A stretch of 63,131 nucleotides of DNA, counting the filler, from Rozella allomycis CSF55 (lineage: Eukaryota): the NCBI GenBank assembly GCA_000442015.1. It is 13 parts of 13 records of this genome, joined end to end, with 100 filler letters (N's around TTAATTAATTAA, not from the genome) between each part and the next. Parts side by side here need not be neighbours in the genome. Positions count along the whole stretch, not along the records: positions 9,133 to 28,915 come from KE560988.1; 12 more parts are not named here. The stretch is one strand, 5' to 3'. Position 1 is the stretch's first letter. The number at the start of each line of letters is the position of its first letter. This document shows positions 13,254 to 26,319 of this stretch, piece after piece. The translations under genes were made by a program, and so were the position numbers. Under the pieces are notes generated by a model. The model saw only the letters and a list, made by a program, of their open reading frames with translations, did no database searches and had not been told where the DNA came from.

Positions 13254-14689
13254 TTAACTGTTCACTGAAACTTAGACTAAATGAATGACTCGTACTGTAA
13301 CTGTTGACATCAATTTTATCTGGAAGCTCTGTAATGTTAACCTCGAATCTTTCTTGAACTTGATTGAGAATTTGTGAATCTTCAGCACTAGAAACGAAAG
13401 TGACTGCAAGACCTTTGGTACCGAAACGACCAGCTCTACCAACCTTACATATATTCATCTGAATCTGCTTACTCTGTGAAGATAAGAATCAGCGCTATCT
13501 GGCATATCGTAGTTAATAACAATGTTAACTCTTTCAATATCGATTCCTCTGCCGAAAATGTCAGTACAGACCATAATTCTCTTCTTAAAGTCTTTGAATG
13601 TTTGATAACGCGAAATACTTTGGTTTTGTTTTGACTATTTGGTTACCTAAGATTTTGTCAATAAAAATGAAAAACTTACCGTTCTTCTTGTGGCAAACTG
13701 CCGTGAATGCAAATTGAAGGAAAGTTGCATTCAACTAAAAGTTTGTCAAGCTCATTAGCACGTGCGACAGATTTTACAAAGATGACAACTTGATTAAATT
13801 CTAACGCATCAAGCAAATCATTGAGCTTTTTGTTCTTTTCATTTTCTTGCAGTTTGACGTAATGCTGTTGAAGACCATGCAGTGTTAATTTAGCTTCATC
13901 ATCAACAAAAATTTCCAATGGATTTTGCATAAACTTTTTGCAAATAACCCGAATTTCTTTGTTTAGAGTCGCTGAAAACATCATGCATTGCTTTTCATGA
14001 GGTGTTTGACGGAAAATATCTTGAACATCACGTCTCATATCTTTTAATATTACATATTTATAATTACCCAAAGATTCAAGCATTTTATCACATTCGTCCA
14101 AGACAAACATTTTGACCTTCTTAAGGTTGAGGGCTTTATCACGAATAAGCGCCAAAATACGACCAGGGGTACCAACTACAATATGTGGACAGTCTGATTT
14201 TAATTGTTCCATGTTTTGTTTGATGCTAACACCTCCATAAAAAACTGCTGTCTTCACGTCAGGCATGTATTTGGTGAACCTAATGTACTCATTCTTGATT
14301 TGGAATGCAAGCTCACGAGTATGGCACATAATCAAAACAGAAACTTGGTCCTTGACAGGTTCCAATTGTTGAAGTGATGCCAAGACAAACACAGCCGTTT
14401 TCCCCATACCGGATTTAGCTTGACATAGCACGTCCATTCCAAGAACGGCTTGTGGGATACATTCTTGTTGGACTTCAGAAGGATGCTCAAAACCGCAGTC
14501 AACAAGCGCTCTCATAAGTTCTGGCTTTAGCAAAAAGTCACGAAAACCGGAAGAGTGGATACCAACGTACGATCCCTTTTTGACTTCTCTATCCGCAGCA
14601 GATGTGTTATCTCTAAGTTTCGCTACTTTTGTTGGAAGAGGAATAGCTTCATCTTCTTCAAAGTCTACTAAGTCGTCGGCAGCGCTCAT
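13254..14689 (-). CDS. SUB2: DECD-box RNA helicase UAP56/Sub2
   Basis: [22 protein letters not shown]; spliced C-terminus YMNS*. Confidence 0.97.
13618..13679 (-). other. 62-nt intron made of two abutting mini-introns (33+29 nt)
   Basis: GTAAGT...TTAG|GTAACC...AAAG; removal restores [14 protein letters not shown]. Confidence 0.75.
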
Positions 14690-14877
14690 GTTCTTCTAAA
14701 TGTTAGATTGTCCAGAAAATTGAAGTTTAAATGTTTGGCGTAGAAAGACGAGCGAAACTTGGGAGTAGCGTTGCTTACCTTCTTAATACAAGGGAAGTTG
14801 CAAAGCCACGAAATGAAATGGAAATTTACAAAATGATAGAACATGGGTTGGTTATGGTGGTCTTTATTCGCTTTAAA

Positions 14878-15742
14878 TTATCTGCGTAAAACAACATATT
14901 CACTTGTTGCCTCCTTACATATTGATCTCTTTGTTTGATCATTCAAATGCTCTACAATTAAATCAATCGCAGCTATATGGAAAATTGTTTAATACTTTAC
15001 TTTGATTTTCGACCCCTCTCGGCACAATTATGTCTGCATATCTCTTAGTCTGCATTATCTCTAAATGAAACTGCTACCGGTAATATGTATTCCTCAAAAG
15101 CAGGTTTAGCAAACCTCAAGTAATAAGAAAGTTCTTCTTCTAAGCTATCATGAGAAGACAATTTTCGAACTAATTGACCTCAAAGCAATACTTATATACC
15201 GCGTCCACTGAGTCTGCTATCACTGTCCAAATCTATAAATATCTGGTTGCTTGTAAATAATATATAAATTACTTTAATGTCAAAAAGATCTCGCAATTCT
15301 TTTAAATAGAAAAGTAATATTCCCTCGACAATCAATATGTCAATTTTGGAGCCATCATATTTAACGTTTTGGTCTCTAAATTAAGACAGCTATCCAATAA
15401 ATTACATTGAATACTTTAGAATGTTATATATTGAAACATCAATAGAACCACCATCCTTTATAGTCCTTATTACATTTGCGAGTTTCTCTAGATCAAACGA
15501 CTCTACAAGAAATGAATTTAGAAAATATACCTGGATGATCAAAATTATATTTGAATCCTTTAGCTTTCTCAATATCTTGAGCACTCAAAGACCGGTAAAA
15601 ATTCTTTAAATGAATGACTTGCATTCTGGAAGGATCAATAAGTCCAGTGATTTTTGAGCATAAGTCTTTCTAAAATCAATACATACATAAATAGAACCTT
15701 TCCTGCATGCGGGCCTCCTGATATGCCGATAACAAATACCAT
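14878..15742 (-). CDS. Uridine kinase-like protein, probably catalytically degenerate
   Basis: [52 protein letters not shown] after removing 28-30 nt introns. Confidence 0.85.
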
Positions 15743-15813
15743 ATGAGCAAGAAAATACTTAGCAATAAATTCCCTAAAATTCAGAGTTATTAAAGTTATT
15801 TATTATAAAATAA

Positions 15814-16490
15814 TTAGATAAGAATCAATAAAATAGCGCTAATGGTCCAAAATGCCGGCATTGTCATTTTGTTGCCCAAATTGCCAGCGCTTGTGATAGA
15901 GTCGAAAGGTGGCGGTGTCTTTTGATTATTTTTACCCACATCAACAGCCCTTGTACTATTAGATTTGGGACTTGAATCAGTAGATGATCCATCGTTGACC
16001 TTTAAAATGATTGGAGACAAGAACTGCCAAGAGTCTCTTTCGGTGACTATGACACATCTTATGATAACATCTTGTTTTGGAAGATTGGCTGGTGGCAACC
16101 ACTTGAAGGTAACAGGTGTCTTTTTGTCAGATGCATCCGAATGAGTAACTGTTGCATTTGACTTGTCGCATGGAACATAATGATAGTTATCATTAGGTAA
16201 TATAAAACTACCAGAAGTGGATGCTAGTAAAATTCCTTTAAAGGTTGATGAGCCATTCAGAGTAATGTTCACGCCTTTTGTGTTATTGCCTATAGTCTCA
16301 ATGTTCGAGGAGATGCTTTTAAGAATATTTATTATACTTACCTGAAGCCCAAATCAAGAGATCCTGTCCCTCCCATAGACCTCGCCATACTTTTTTCATT
16401 GACAGCACAAACAGTGGCACCAGTTGAACGGGGTTCAATCCTTGTAATCATGATTAAGCAAAGCATAATAGATATGAAATAACTGTTCAT
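15814..16490 (-). CDS. Secreted/GPI-anchored Reeler-domain protein
   Basis: Signal peptide, FKGILL, VTHSDASDKK, FKWLPP, S/T-rich linker, hydrophobic C-terminus; one 26-nt intron. Confidence 0.7.
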
Positions 16491-16596
16491 GGATTCGAGC
16501 ATGTTGTCGGCGTTTGTTATTGTTATTGTTTTGCTTTCGTCTCGTATTTATAAAGTGTCAATTTTACTAAAAAGAGCAATTGTTTTTATTTTTTGT

Positions 16597-17878
16597 TTAG
16601 TATTGGTTCAATTTCGTAACAAAGGCTAATTGCAGCTTCTGATCAAATGAAGTCATTGCGCAAAGACCTTGTTTATCAGGAGACCAATCAAATGAAGATA
16701 CTGGTTGAGTAGCCATAATTGCATCATTTAAAAGTTTTAATTCACCGCATACTCCATAAAGTTCACCCTTTTCATCCTTGAGAGTTCTTTCACTTGGGTA
16801 TTCGCTATTTCAGTATATTGAAAGAATTACTATTTAAACAATCTTACTCTTCCATTCCCATTGCCTGTCATAAATATGTCTCTGTTTTGAGGTAAATGAT
16901 TAACTGTCCAAATCGTGGATTGACCTGTAATCGAATCTTTCTACCATTTTCATAGTTAAATTAATGTACTGGTTGTATTAAATTGGCAAATCCTTTGGTT
17001 GAATGACGTGTTCGAAGGTCAATGACGTTCATGGCGCCTTCTAAACCTACGACTACCAATTTATTCATCAAAATATCTTTTCTATCAAACTGAGCACAAC
17101 AAACCTATTCAAATGATGTCATAAAATTTACGCCGTTATTTAAGTTTGTTTCATAATATAGTTTCATTGTTTTCAAGTCAAATATTTTTAAATCTCCATT
17201 CTCATAGCCAGCAACTACCATTCGTTCTTCATTATTGTAGGAGTTTCCTTTTTGTCTTTAAAAACAGCTTTATACCGAAACTAACCGACCAACAATCTCT
17301 TCCGATTTCATTTTCAGCAGGTGCGATTGTGGCAACAGGACTTCCTTTCTGCCGTGTATCCCAAACCTTTACAAATCCTTTCATGTTACTTTGCCAATTC
17401 TTTACCGTCTCGGCTTCCAGTAACGATTTCAGGAGCTCCAATGTTGTGTCCAATGCCCGCAACCCCGTCAATTGCATTAATGACTTGCTCGTGGCCTTTC
17501 ACATTGTATACAGGATTACTCAAATTTTCAATATCCCTGTAGTAAATTAAAAATATGCCTTGTACCACACCTGTAAATGGCCTTCAAGAGTTCCTGTGGC
17601 AAGCTGCCTATTTTGCAATGACGAAGCGCCAAAAGTACCACATTTGAAACCATGGGGCTTTTCACTCTAACGCAAAACAAATATTTTCTTACTTCCGATA
17701 CAAGTTTAAGTTCTGGACCATTTAATTCATATATTTGTATAGCACCTGTCCCACGAGGATGTTGGCCTAAGCATACAACCTTGGCAGAGCAAGGAATCCA
17801 TTTAGCATCAAAAGGGGAATAATTTAATGATTTGGATAAATGCGGAATTATCTGTGGTCTTTCCAATGTTACTGTCAT
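16597..17878 (-). CDS. WDR92: WD40 protein WDR92/Monad (dynein assembly factor)
   Basis: [56 protein letters not shown]; several mini-introns. Confidence 0.9.
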
Positions 17879-18100
17879 TTGTAATAATACTGTGAGACAA
17901 GGGTTGTGGCTTGTGACAGAGCGATGAGAAGCCAATTGAAGATATAAATTGAAAATATAAAGAAATAAAATCTTTCGCATTTTATAAGAAGGACTGCTCC
18001 ATCACATTTTGTTTTTTAAATATCTTAATATCAGAGTGGCGTTTGGTCTCAAAGTGAGAGATTAGATCGATNGTCAGTTCGTTTAAAGAACTATCATCGA

Positions 18101-19362
18101 ATGGTATTTTTAGTGATTTTAATTGGAGCTCTGTACTTTTTCACTATCCCTACGAATGACAACCATCCATTAGCTTCCCCAATGAGCGTAGAGAAAGAAA
18201 AAAGGGCTGTAGAGATTGCAACAAAGGCGATAGTCAGTGATTCAATACAAGCACCTGTGATACCAATTTTGATGTTTGGGTGTAACCGTCCAAGCATAAA
18301 AAGGGCACTGGAATCATTATTAGCCGTACGAAGAGAAAGAATCGATCAACATCCCATTTATGTATCACTAGACTGCAAACACACTGAAACAATAGAATCT
18401 GTAAAGGCATTCGGTGACGCAGTAAATTTTTGGGTGGTGCCAGATCATCAAGAAGAGCTGGCAAAAACCATACCACCAAACACTGAGAATTTCATGAAAC
18501 CATACTATGCAATATCATTTCATTACAAGTACGCTCTGAAGCGTCTTTTTGGCACAAATGACTACGAGCAGGTTATAATAGTTGAAGACGATTTTGAATT
18601 TTCGCCCGACTTTTTGTCATATTTCAGGGCGATGCTTCCTATTCTCGTTAAAGATAAGAGCCTGTACTGTGTTTCAAGTTGGAATGACAATGGCAAGAAC
18701 GAATTAATAAACGATGAGCGTAAGCTTATAGTGTTGGTGAAATTGTTAGGCAGGGTTTTCAGAACCGACTTTTTCCCCGGGCTTGGGTGGATGATGACAA
18801 GGGAACTGTGGAATGAAATTGAAGGGAAATGGCCGGCTGCTTTTTGGGATGATTGGCTGAGAGAACCTGAAAACAGAAACTCGAGGTATTTGAAGTGAAA
18901 TATGTTTACAGTAGGCAATGTATTGTACCTGAGGTATCGCGAACGAGTAATTTTGGAAAAATTGGCACTTCTAATGGTCAATTTTATGATTCACATATTA
19001 GACATGTGGTAAAGCAAGATGGCTTTTACGACTTTGAAGCCAACAATTGGGACTATTTAGGTGACAGGGAACGATATAATCAAGACTTTTTGAAACAGGT
19101 GTATGAATATTCTACAAAATCGAGCTTGGAAAGTGTCAAGAAGAATTTTGAGCGGGGAAATTATCGAATAGAATATGCAGATTTTAATGAATTTCAAAAT
19201 TTAGCGCGGACATTTGGCTTAATGTCGGATATTAAAGGTGGCATACCAAGAATGTCTTTTGAAGGAATAGTAACCTTGAAATATAGAAAACAGAACACCG
19301 TATACTTGGCACCAAAACGCATAGACCCAAAAGAAGACGATTTATCTAATTTAAATGAATAA
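18101..19362 (+). CDS. MGAT1: Alpha-1,3-mannosyl-glycoprotein beta-1,2-GlcNAc transferase I (GT13); 5' end uncertain
   Basis: TM anchor, EDD motif, CVSSWNDNG, RTDFFPGLGWM, FWDDWLR, PEVSRT. Confidence 0.88.
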
Positions 19363-19415
19363 AGGGCAAAACAACAAAAAAAAATTTTAAATTAATAAAA
19401 GCAAAAATAAAATAT

Positions 19416-22400
19416 TTATACAAAATTGTTTAAGAAGCGAGTCAATTTCTTTGCCAAATTTAAATTCTCCTGGATATCATTATGTTTGAGGTAACACGGA
19501 CACAGAAGCGAATCGCAAGTGTAGTTAGCTAGAAGACCAAGTGCAAAGTTCACTGACCAGTTTAAGGTTTGCCAATGCAACCTTTTCTATTTGGTTTATG
19601 AGGTTTGCAATGTAAAACACAGTTTCCTGTTTATTGCGCGTGCACTTTAGACAGACAATTGAAGAAGCGATTGGCTGCCTGCAAATCAGGCATGATCCTT
19701 GCAGGTAAAACTGATCGATAGTTTTGGCAGTTGTTGTGGGCTGAGAAGAGAGGATGAGTCTAGTTTTTATGCGGTCTGTTCTTGGCATTTGCATGTACCA
19801 GTCATTGATCTTTATGCCCATTGTGCAGAATACTCTATCGAGGGATGGGATTATTTGTTTGGTAATGTAATACGTAGAATGAAGTCTTAGTTTCTTGTCA
19901 AGGAACTCTTTTGGAGAAACAATGAAATCAACTAGTCGGTTTCCTTCTTGGCGATAAGCTACGAGGTAAGAGACGCGTTCAGCGTATTCGGGAACTGAGC
20001 GAGAGTCGTTTAGAGCAACTTGTGCAGCCAGATGAGCGGCTGGAGGAAGAGTATTTGATTTGTACCTAAAAATAATTAAAGATGAAACTTACGAACCGAA
20101 TTTGACTTTTTTGAAAAAGATGAAATCGTAAACGTTAATGTGACCGCCTAGAATAGAATTCCATTCCTTGTAGAGATATTCTTTGACTTTGGATAAATCG
20201 TTTGTTCTTGCCAAGATTCTACAAAACTTAGAATGATTTGTGTTACTTTAGAGAGTTTTCTTGTATTTTGGAAACTGCTTGGCAAGAATCTCTGCGAATG
20301 ATTTCGGTGCCTTTAGATTCCAAGATTGGATCTATTTGATCTTTGGATTCATATTTGAAACCACAGTAGCGTTTCTTTGACATTAACACACACGGTTGGT
20401 AAACCAAATTGAATTGAAAGAAAAGGAATTACTTTTTCAAATTTGAGTTTGATTGGCTTTGGATTTAAATTTGTGATTTCATTAGCGATTTCATTCCCAA
20501 TATCAAACGCTTGATCTTTAGTTCTTCCCTTGAGTAGCACAAAAACACTTTGAATGTAAATGTTGACAATTACCTGTCAGTGTCACCGTAAACAACATTT
20601 GCATTCCACTTTGGATGAGAATTAATGTAGGCGATTGTTTTTTCGAGAGTTTGTCTGCCAGAAAGAACAATAGAGTCGGCAATGTCAACACAGGGCATTC
20701 TTCCAGAGAAAGAGGCAGAAGTGTATCCATAAGTGACGTTTGAAATGTATTTTATTCCTAATTGTCTTGCATCCAAAGTTCTTTTCAGTTCCAAATCTAA
20801 TTTAAATGTAAATATTAATACTTTGTGAATCTTCATTGAATTTTTAATCATAATTCTTGTTTCTAGCAATTCCATCAACATTCTACCCAACAAACCTTCT
20901 CTGATGTGTTTCTTTACGTATTTAACGTTATTAGGAGCAACAAAAACATCATTGGATGAAAATTGATTTGAATTGAAAGATTTGTTTGAAGCTCCAAGTT
21001 TATCTTTATCATTGCCCAAACAAGTGGTGTAACAATAATTGTAAGCAATCATTAAAGAAGGATACAATGACTGGAAATCTAAAACAACTACGGGATCAAC
21101 ATAAAACTATTTATAATCAACAAAAGAAATATACTTTGGAATTTGGTTCCATTACGAGTGGCAACCCTTGAGCAGCATTCATTGAATTTATTTGATTTGC
21201 GTTGGGAGAAAATGGAATGAAATCTTCTCTTTTAGCCATTCTGAGCATCATTGATTCAACTTTGAATTGAGATCCCCTTGAAATTACAGAATAAAAATCA
21301 ACTCCAAAAACCCTTGCAAATTCACTTGTTCTGAAAATAAAATCAATTTTAGCTAAAAGTTCCAAATTACAAATAGCTTTATTTAAAATATGATCTATCA
21401 AAACATATTTTCTATTTTTAAATAGATCCAACAATTTTATTTGATCAAATTCTGGAACTCTTTATTGTTTAAAGAAATCAATTTACTTTTGATGTAGAAT
21501 GTGATAAACTGTTGTATCAAAATTATAATTTCTCAAATTTTGATCTTGTTTAATTAATCTCCAAATATTTAACATTATTCTTCCAGGTATAAAAATTCCA
21601 CTAGCGACGTTATAATTCCATTTATCATTTTTAAAATTCAACGCTCTATCTTTAATGTTATTTGTATTGTATTCAATGATTTCTCTATTGACGTCTCTAT
21701 TGTTGTCTCTAGCTTTAGCATTGTTAACGCTGTCTCTATTGTTAGTGTGGTCTCTCGCATTATCGCTAACCCTTGTTTGATCTCTTTCATCTGTAGATTT
21801 CATTCTTGATAATTCTTTAATAATGTTTATTTCATACTTTTTCAAAGATCTCTCAATTAAATAACCAAAAGATGATTGATGGATCTCAAAGCCACAACAA
21901 AAATCTGGATCTATTTCTTTAAATTTATTTATAAAAGATCTAATCATTTCTATTTCACTTGAAAAATTTATTGTTTTAAAATTTGTACATTTTCTTTCAT
22001 CAATTGAAAAAATTAAATAATCTTCAAACCCTTGTTTATGATAATAGATTGAAATCATTTTTATTTCATCAAATTCTGGATCACTCTTTAAACTCCCCCT
22101 GCTAATTGAATACAATTCCATTGATAATATCGTCATGTTTTGAAACACTTCTATTCTCTCCTTGTTATTAATCTGCGTAAATTTAAAATTAAATGTATTT
22201 CTGGGTGTTGGTGATTCCACTTGTGATTTCACCCTCTCTTGAACCCTAAACTCTTCAATCTTTGGTGGCTTGGTAATGAATTCAAACCATTTCTTCTTTT
22301 TTAATCTTTTCTGCGTTATTAAATTTATTGTTTGGCTTTTCTCAACTTCAACATTCACAGATTTATAGATTGGCTTAAACTCATCCAAGTCATTGATTGA

Positions 22401-24296
22401 CTTTAGTGTAAACCTTTGTCCATGTAGTAATACTTCACTCTGATTTATATCATCTGGATTACTGAAAATTGGATTTAAATTTTCTACAAACGTTAAATTA
22501 AAGTCATTCAAACTTTCAATCAACTCATTTACACTTGGTGGCTTAGATTTAAAAGTATAAAATTTCATTTCATTTCCAATCGATAAATTGGGTAAATAAA
22601 ACTCATTAGATTCTAAGTCATTATTTTTCATTGATTCTATTTCATCAAAAGTTACTTCTTCAACGAAATGATCTTCATCTACTCCAACTACTTCTTCTAC
22701 CTCTTCTATCTCTTCATCTACTTCTACGTCTTCAAATTGACCATTTGGTATTTCATCAGCAGATTCATCAAGTAAAGAAATTTCCCAATCAATATTTTTA
22801 AACTTATCGATAGAAGATTCAATAAATGAATTTTGTGAATCTGAAATGTGAGAATCCGAAAGGTGAGGATTTGAAAGGTGAGAATCTGAACCATCCAAAC
22901 CATCAAATTGATTCACCTTGTATTTATTAAAAGAATCTTTATTATCATTCAAAGAACTAAAAATATCATTCTCAATGTTAAAGTAATTTATTTCTTCTCC
23001 GTTATTCATCAATTCATCTTCTTCAATTTCAACGTCTTCGCGAAAGTCAACATCAATCTTTTCTTCTCCTTCAACTTCTTCTCCTTCAACATCATCTCCT
23101 TGTAGTTGCCCATCAAATAAATTGTCCAAAAATTCATCCAAATCTTCATTTCGATTTCCAAAATTATTCAATTGAGTTTGTTGAGTTGAAAATATTCTCA
23201 GCGATGAATTTGAAAAGATCAAATTTGGCTTCAAGTTTAAAATCAAAGGTTCTAGTCCTCTTATCAGAAAAATCTTTGGATAACTCAATTCAATAGACTC
23301 AAAAGCAAACGGAATATCTTTATATTCTTCTTTTTCATCAAAAATCAAATTTTCATTCAAATCTTCAATAATTTCACTTTCATTATTCCCCAATTTCCAT
23401 TCAACTTGAGTTAAATTCTTTTCTTCTCTGCGCTCCTTTTCATCCCTCCAAATACTCTTCAATGAGGGAACACAACACTCTTCTTTACTAAAATAGCCCA
23501 TTCCATTTCTTCTATTCAGTTTTTTTCTTTCTTCAATCACATTCATTCTATTCATTATACAAAAACCAAAAGTATCAATCTCTATTTCACAAACACTCTC
23601 CTTCTTCAATCTTTCATCCTTGTAATCCTCATAATACATCAAATCTTCTGAAATTGGCTCACTGCTTATCTCTGAAATAACCCTCTGTCTGGAACCGGTT
23701 TCACTTTTAAAAGCCTTTATTTCATCTATTCAATAAAAATAATCAATTCTTACCGTTAGAGAGTCTATGTCTATAATTCGAAACAGTTATCTCTCCCATC
23801 CCATAAATCCCATAGTCCATCATAAACTGCAACGTAAATGGTATATGGACTTCATACACATCAAATTTAAAATCCATAATCTTTCCATCTTGAAGCATCC
23901 TGGCCGCCTTTTCAATTTGATTAGGAACACACAACATCACTTTAACAAATAATCCCAACTCTTTCTCATATCCATACATGTTTCTTCCCTTAACAAGCAC
24001 CAGTTTATACACTGCAATCTTTTCTAATTCCAATTTTTGATGGATCATCTCCAACATTTCTTCAACTCTATCAAGCTCTATCCCAACATGTATTTCTTTT
24101 TACCAAATGGAAAATTTATATAAAAATACGGATAAACATGATGCACGTAACAGGTAATAGATCTCCTTGAATCTGTTTGGCCAACCATCCTAATCACAGG
24201 AACCATAGGCTCTGGTTTCACTAACATCGGAATATCATCAACCTGCGGTATCCCCCTTCTCATAATAGGCTGTATATCCAAAACTGTAAACTTCAT
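19416..24296 (-). CDS. REV3: DNA polymerase zeta catalytic subunit
   Basis: SRGSQFKVES, DFQSLYPS, DARQLGIK, SGRMPC, YGDTDS, KKRY, C-terminal Cys motifs; long acidic insert. Confidence 0.95.
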
Positions 24297-24325
24297 CGTA
24301 TTCTGAAATTTCTCTCCAGCCTAAA

Positions 24326-24946
24326 ATGGTTCTCTCAGTCACCCCATTTAACTCTTGCTTTACGCCATTCAATATAACATTGCAAAGCATTCGACACTAC
24401 TCCCCCATTAAAAGACACGTCTTCATGCGTCCTCGTATCAACAACTGTCCAATGCGGGTCATGCCCAAAATTAAAATGCCAGAAAATACAAGAGCTCTGC
24501 CCGCTCAGAATCTAGACGATGGTTCAACTTTTCAAATAATCAATCCGCCAGTCACAGAACTTGAAAAGAAGGCCGAATTAATGATCCCGGTTGCTTGGCC
24601 TAAACCAATTGAGGTGGAAGAGGTCCCCGAAGATGTAATTGATTATCATTGATATTAATTAAAGGTTTTAAATCAAATTAGAAATGAGAGAAAAAACGAT
24701 CCTCGCAAAAATAACGTTGTCAATTTGGCACAAAAATATGGAGTGAGCCAAAGATTCATTATGAGAAACGCTAGTCTAAAGTCATTGGGAATAGACAAAA
24801 AGTCTCTTGAAACTGAAACTGTCAAAAAGGAAATAACCGATGTCGAGAAATTGACTTATCAATGGCGTTATGAAAAAGTCAAAGCTCTAAAGAGAAGATA
24901 TTTGGAAAGAACATCATTCATTGGTAGACTTGATTATGTAAAATAA
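24326..24946 (+). CDS. Mitochondrial ribosomal protein mL58 (MRPL20)-like
   Basis: Presequence-like N-terminus; spliced QIRNERKNDPRKNNVVNLAQKYGVSQRFI resembles the mL58 motif. Confidence 0.55.
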
Positions 24947-25387
24947 AGCTATTTTATTCCTTTTGGAAGCAAATTACTTTATTCGCCTAATTCTGGTATA
25001 CTATCAAAAACCAGCTAGTTGCCTCAACCTTTTATTTCCACAAAAAATAATTAGGATAATTTTATGCCGATATGGAATAAAGGAAGCGATTAAACAATGA
25101 TAGGGTCGTGTGAAACATAGTTTTTAGTCTACATAATCACATTCCGAGAAAAGATTGATGGACTGTAAACTATGACGGAGTCAAAAACATTTTTACAAAC
25201 TCTGAACCCCCTCCCCTGTGTTACTGTTGTCATTGCTATAAATCGCATCCATACGGAATGTAATTACTCCAAATAAAGGTTTATGGAAAGCTAGGGGTGA
25301 GGCACCAAGCTGGTTTTTTACGCGGATAAAGTCTTCAGTTGTGAAAGAAATAGTAGGTGGCTGATTTTCGAACTTTATCGAAATCGT

Positions 25388-26104
25388 ATGATGTCAACGA
25401 TAGGAAAGTACAAGTAATGGTATTTTTTCTAATGATCCAAAGATATGAATGGTATCAAAATGATGATGAAGTTGTGTTTACAGTGTATATCAAGAACTGC
25501 AAAAAGGAACAAACTAAAGTTGACTTTACAATTCGCGAAGTAATTACATCCATTATTTCAAAAAAGTTTATTTTAAATATTGATCTTGGATCAAGCAACA
25601 GTTTTGAAGTTTCCAAATCGTTAAAGGAGGATATTTGTCCAGAGTCGTCATACTTTACAGTATTTCAAACAAAAATAGAAGTACGTTTAAAGAAACAAGT
25701 GAAAGGCTTAAAATGGGCCTCATTAGAAGCAGCTGAAGAAGAATCTCTTGATACCAAACCCAAGCGTATTAAAAACTGTTAGTTTTCATATAGCATCTTA
25801 TCCATCATCCTCTAAAAATCCCAAAAATTGGGACTCTATTGAAAAAGAAATTAAACAAGAAGAAGAAAAAGACAAGCCTGAAGGGGAAGATGCGTTGAAC
25901 GCATTATTCAGAAAAATATATGCAAATGCAGATGAAAATACTCGTCGAGCTATGAATAAATCATTTGTAAGTTCATCCTAACATCTTAATATATAGACTG
26001 AATCAGGCGGCACTTGCCTAAGCACTAATTGGGAAGATGTTGGAAAGAAAAAGGTCGAAGTTTCTCCTCCAGATGGTATGGAAGCTAAAAAATGGGAATC
26101 TTAA
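25388..26104 (+). CDS. SGT1: SGT1 co-chaperone (CS + SGS domains)
   Basis: [53 protein letters not shown]. Confidence 0.9.
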
Positions 26105-26319
26105 TAAATAATCTTACAAGTAATTGTCGCTAGTAGTTTAGATATACAAATTTATCAATTCCACTGTCTATTGCAGTTTATCCGTTACTTTGGTCCCAAC
26201 TCTTTCTTCATCGTGGCAAAAACAGATTTGGAATGTTTTACCAACTTTAATCTGATAATCAATGAATCAATGAAAAACTATTGCGAAATTTCGATTGTGC
26301 AATATATTTTACAATTTGC

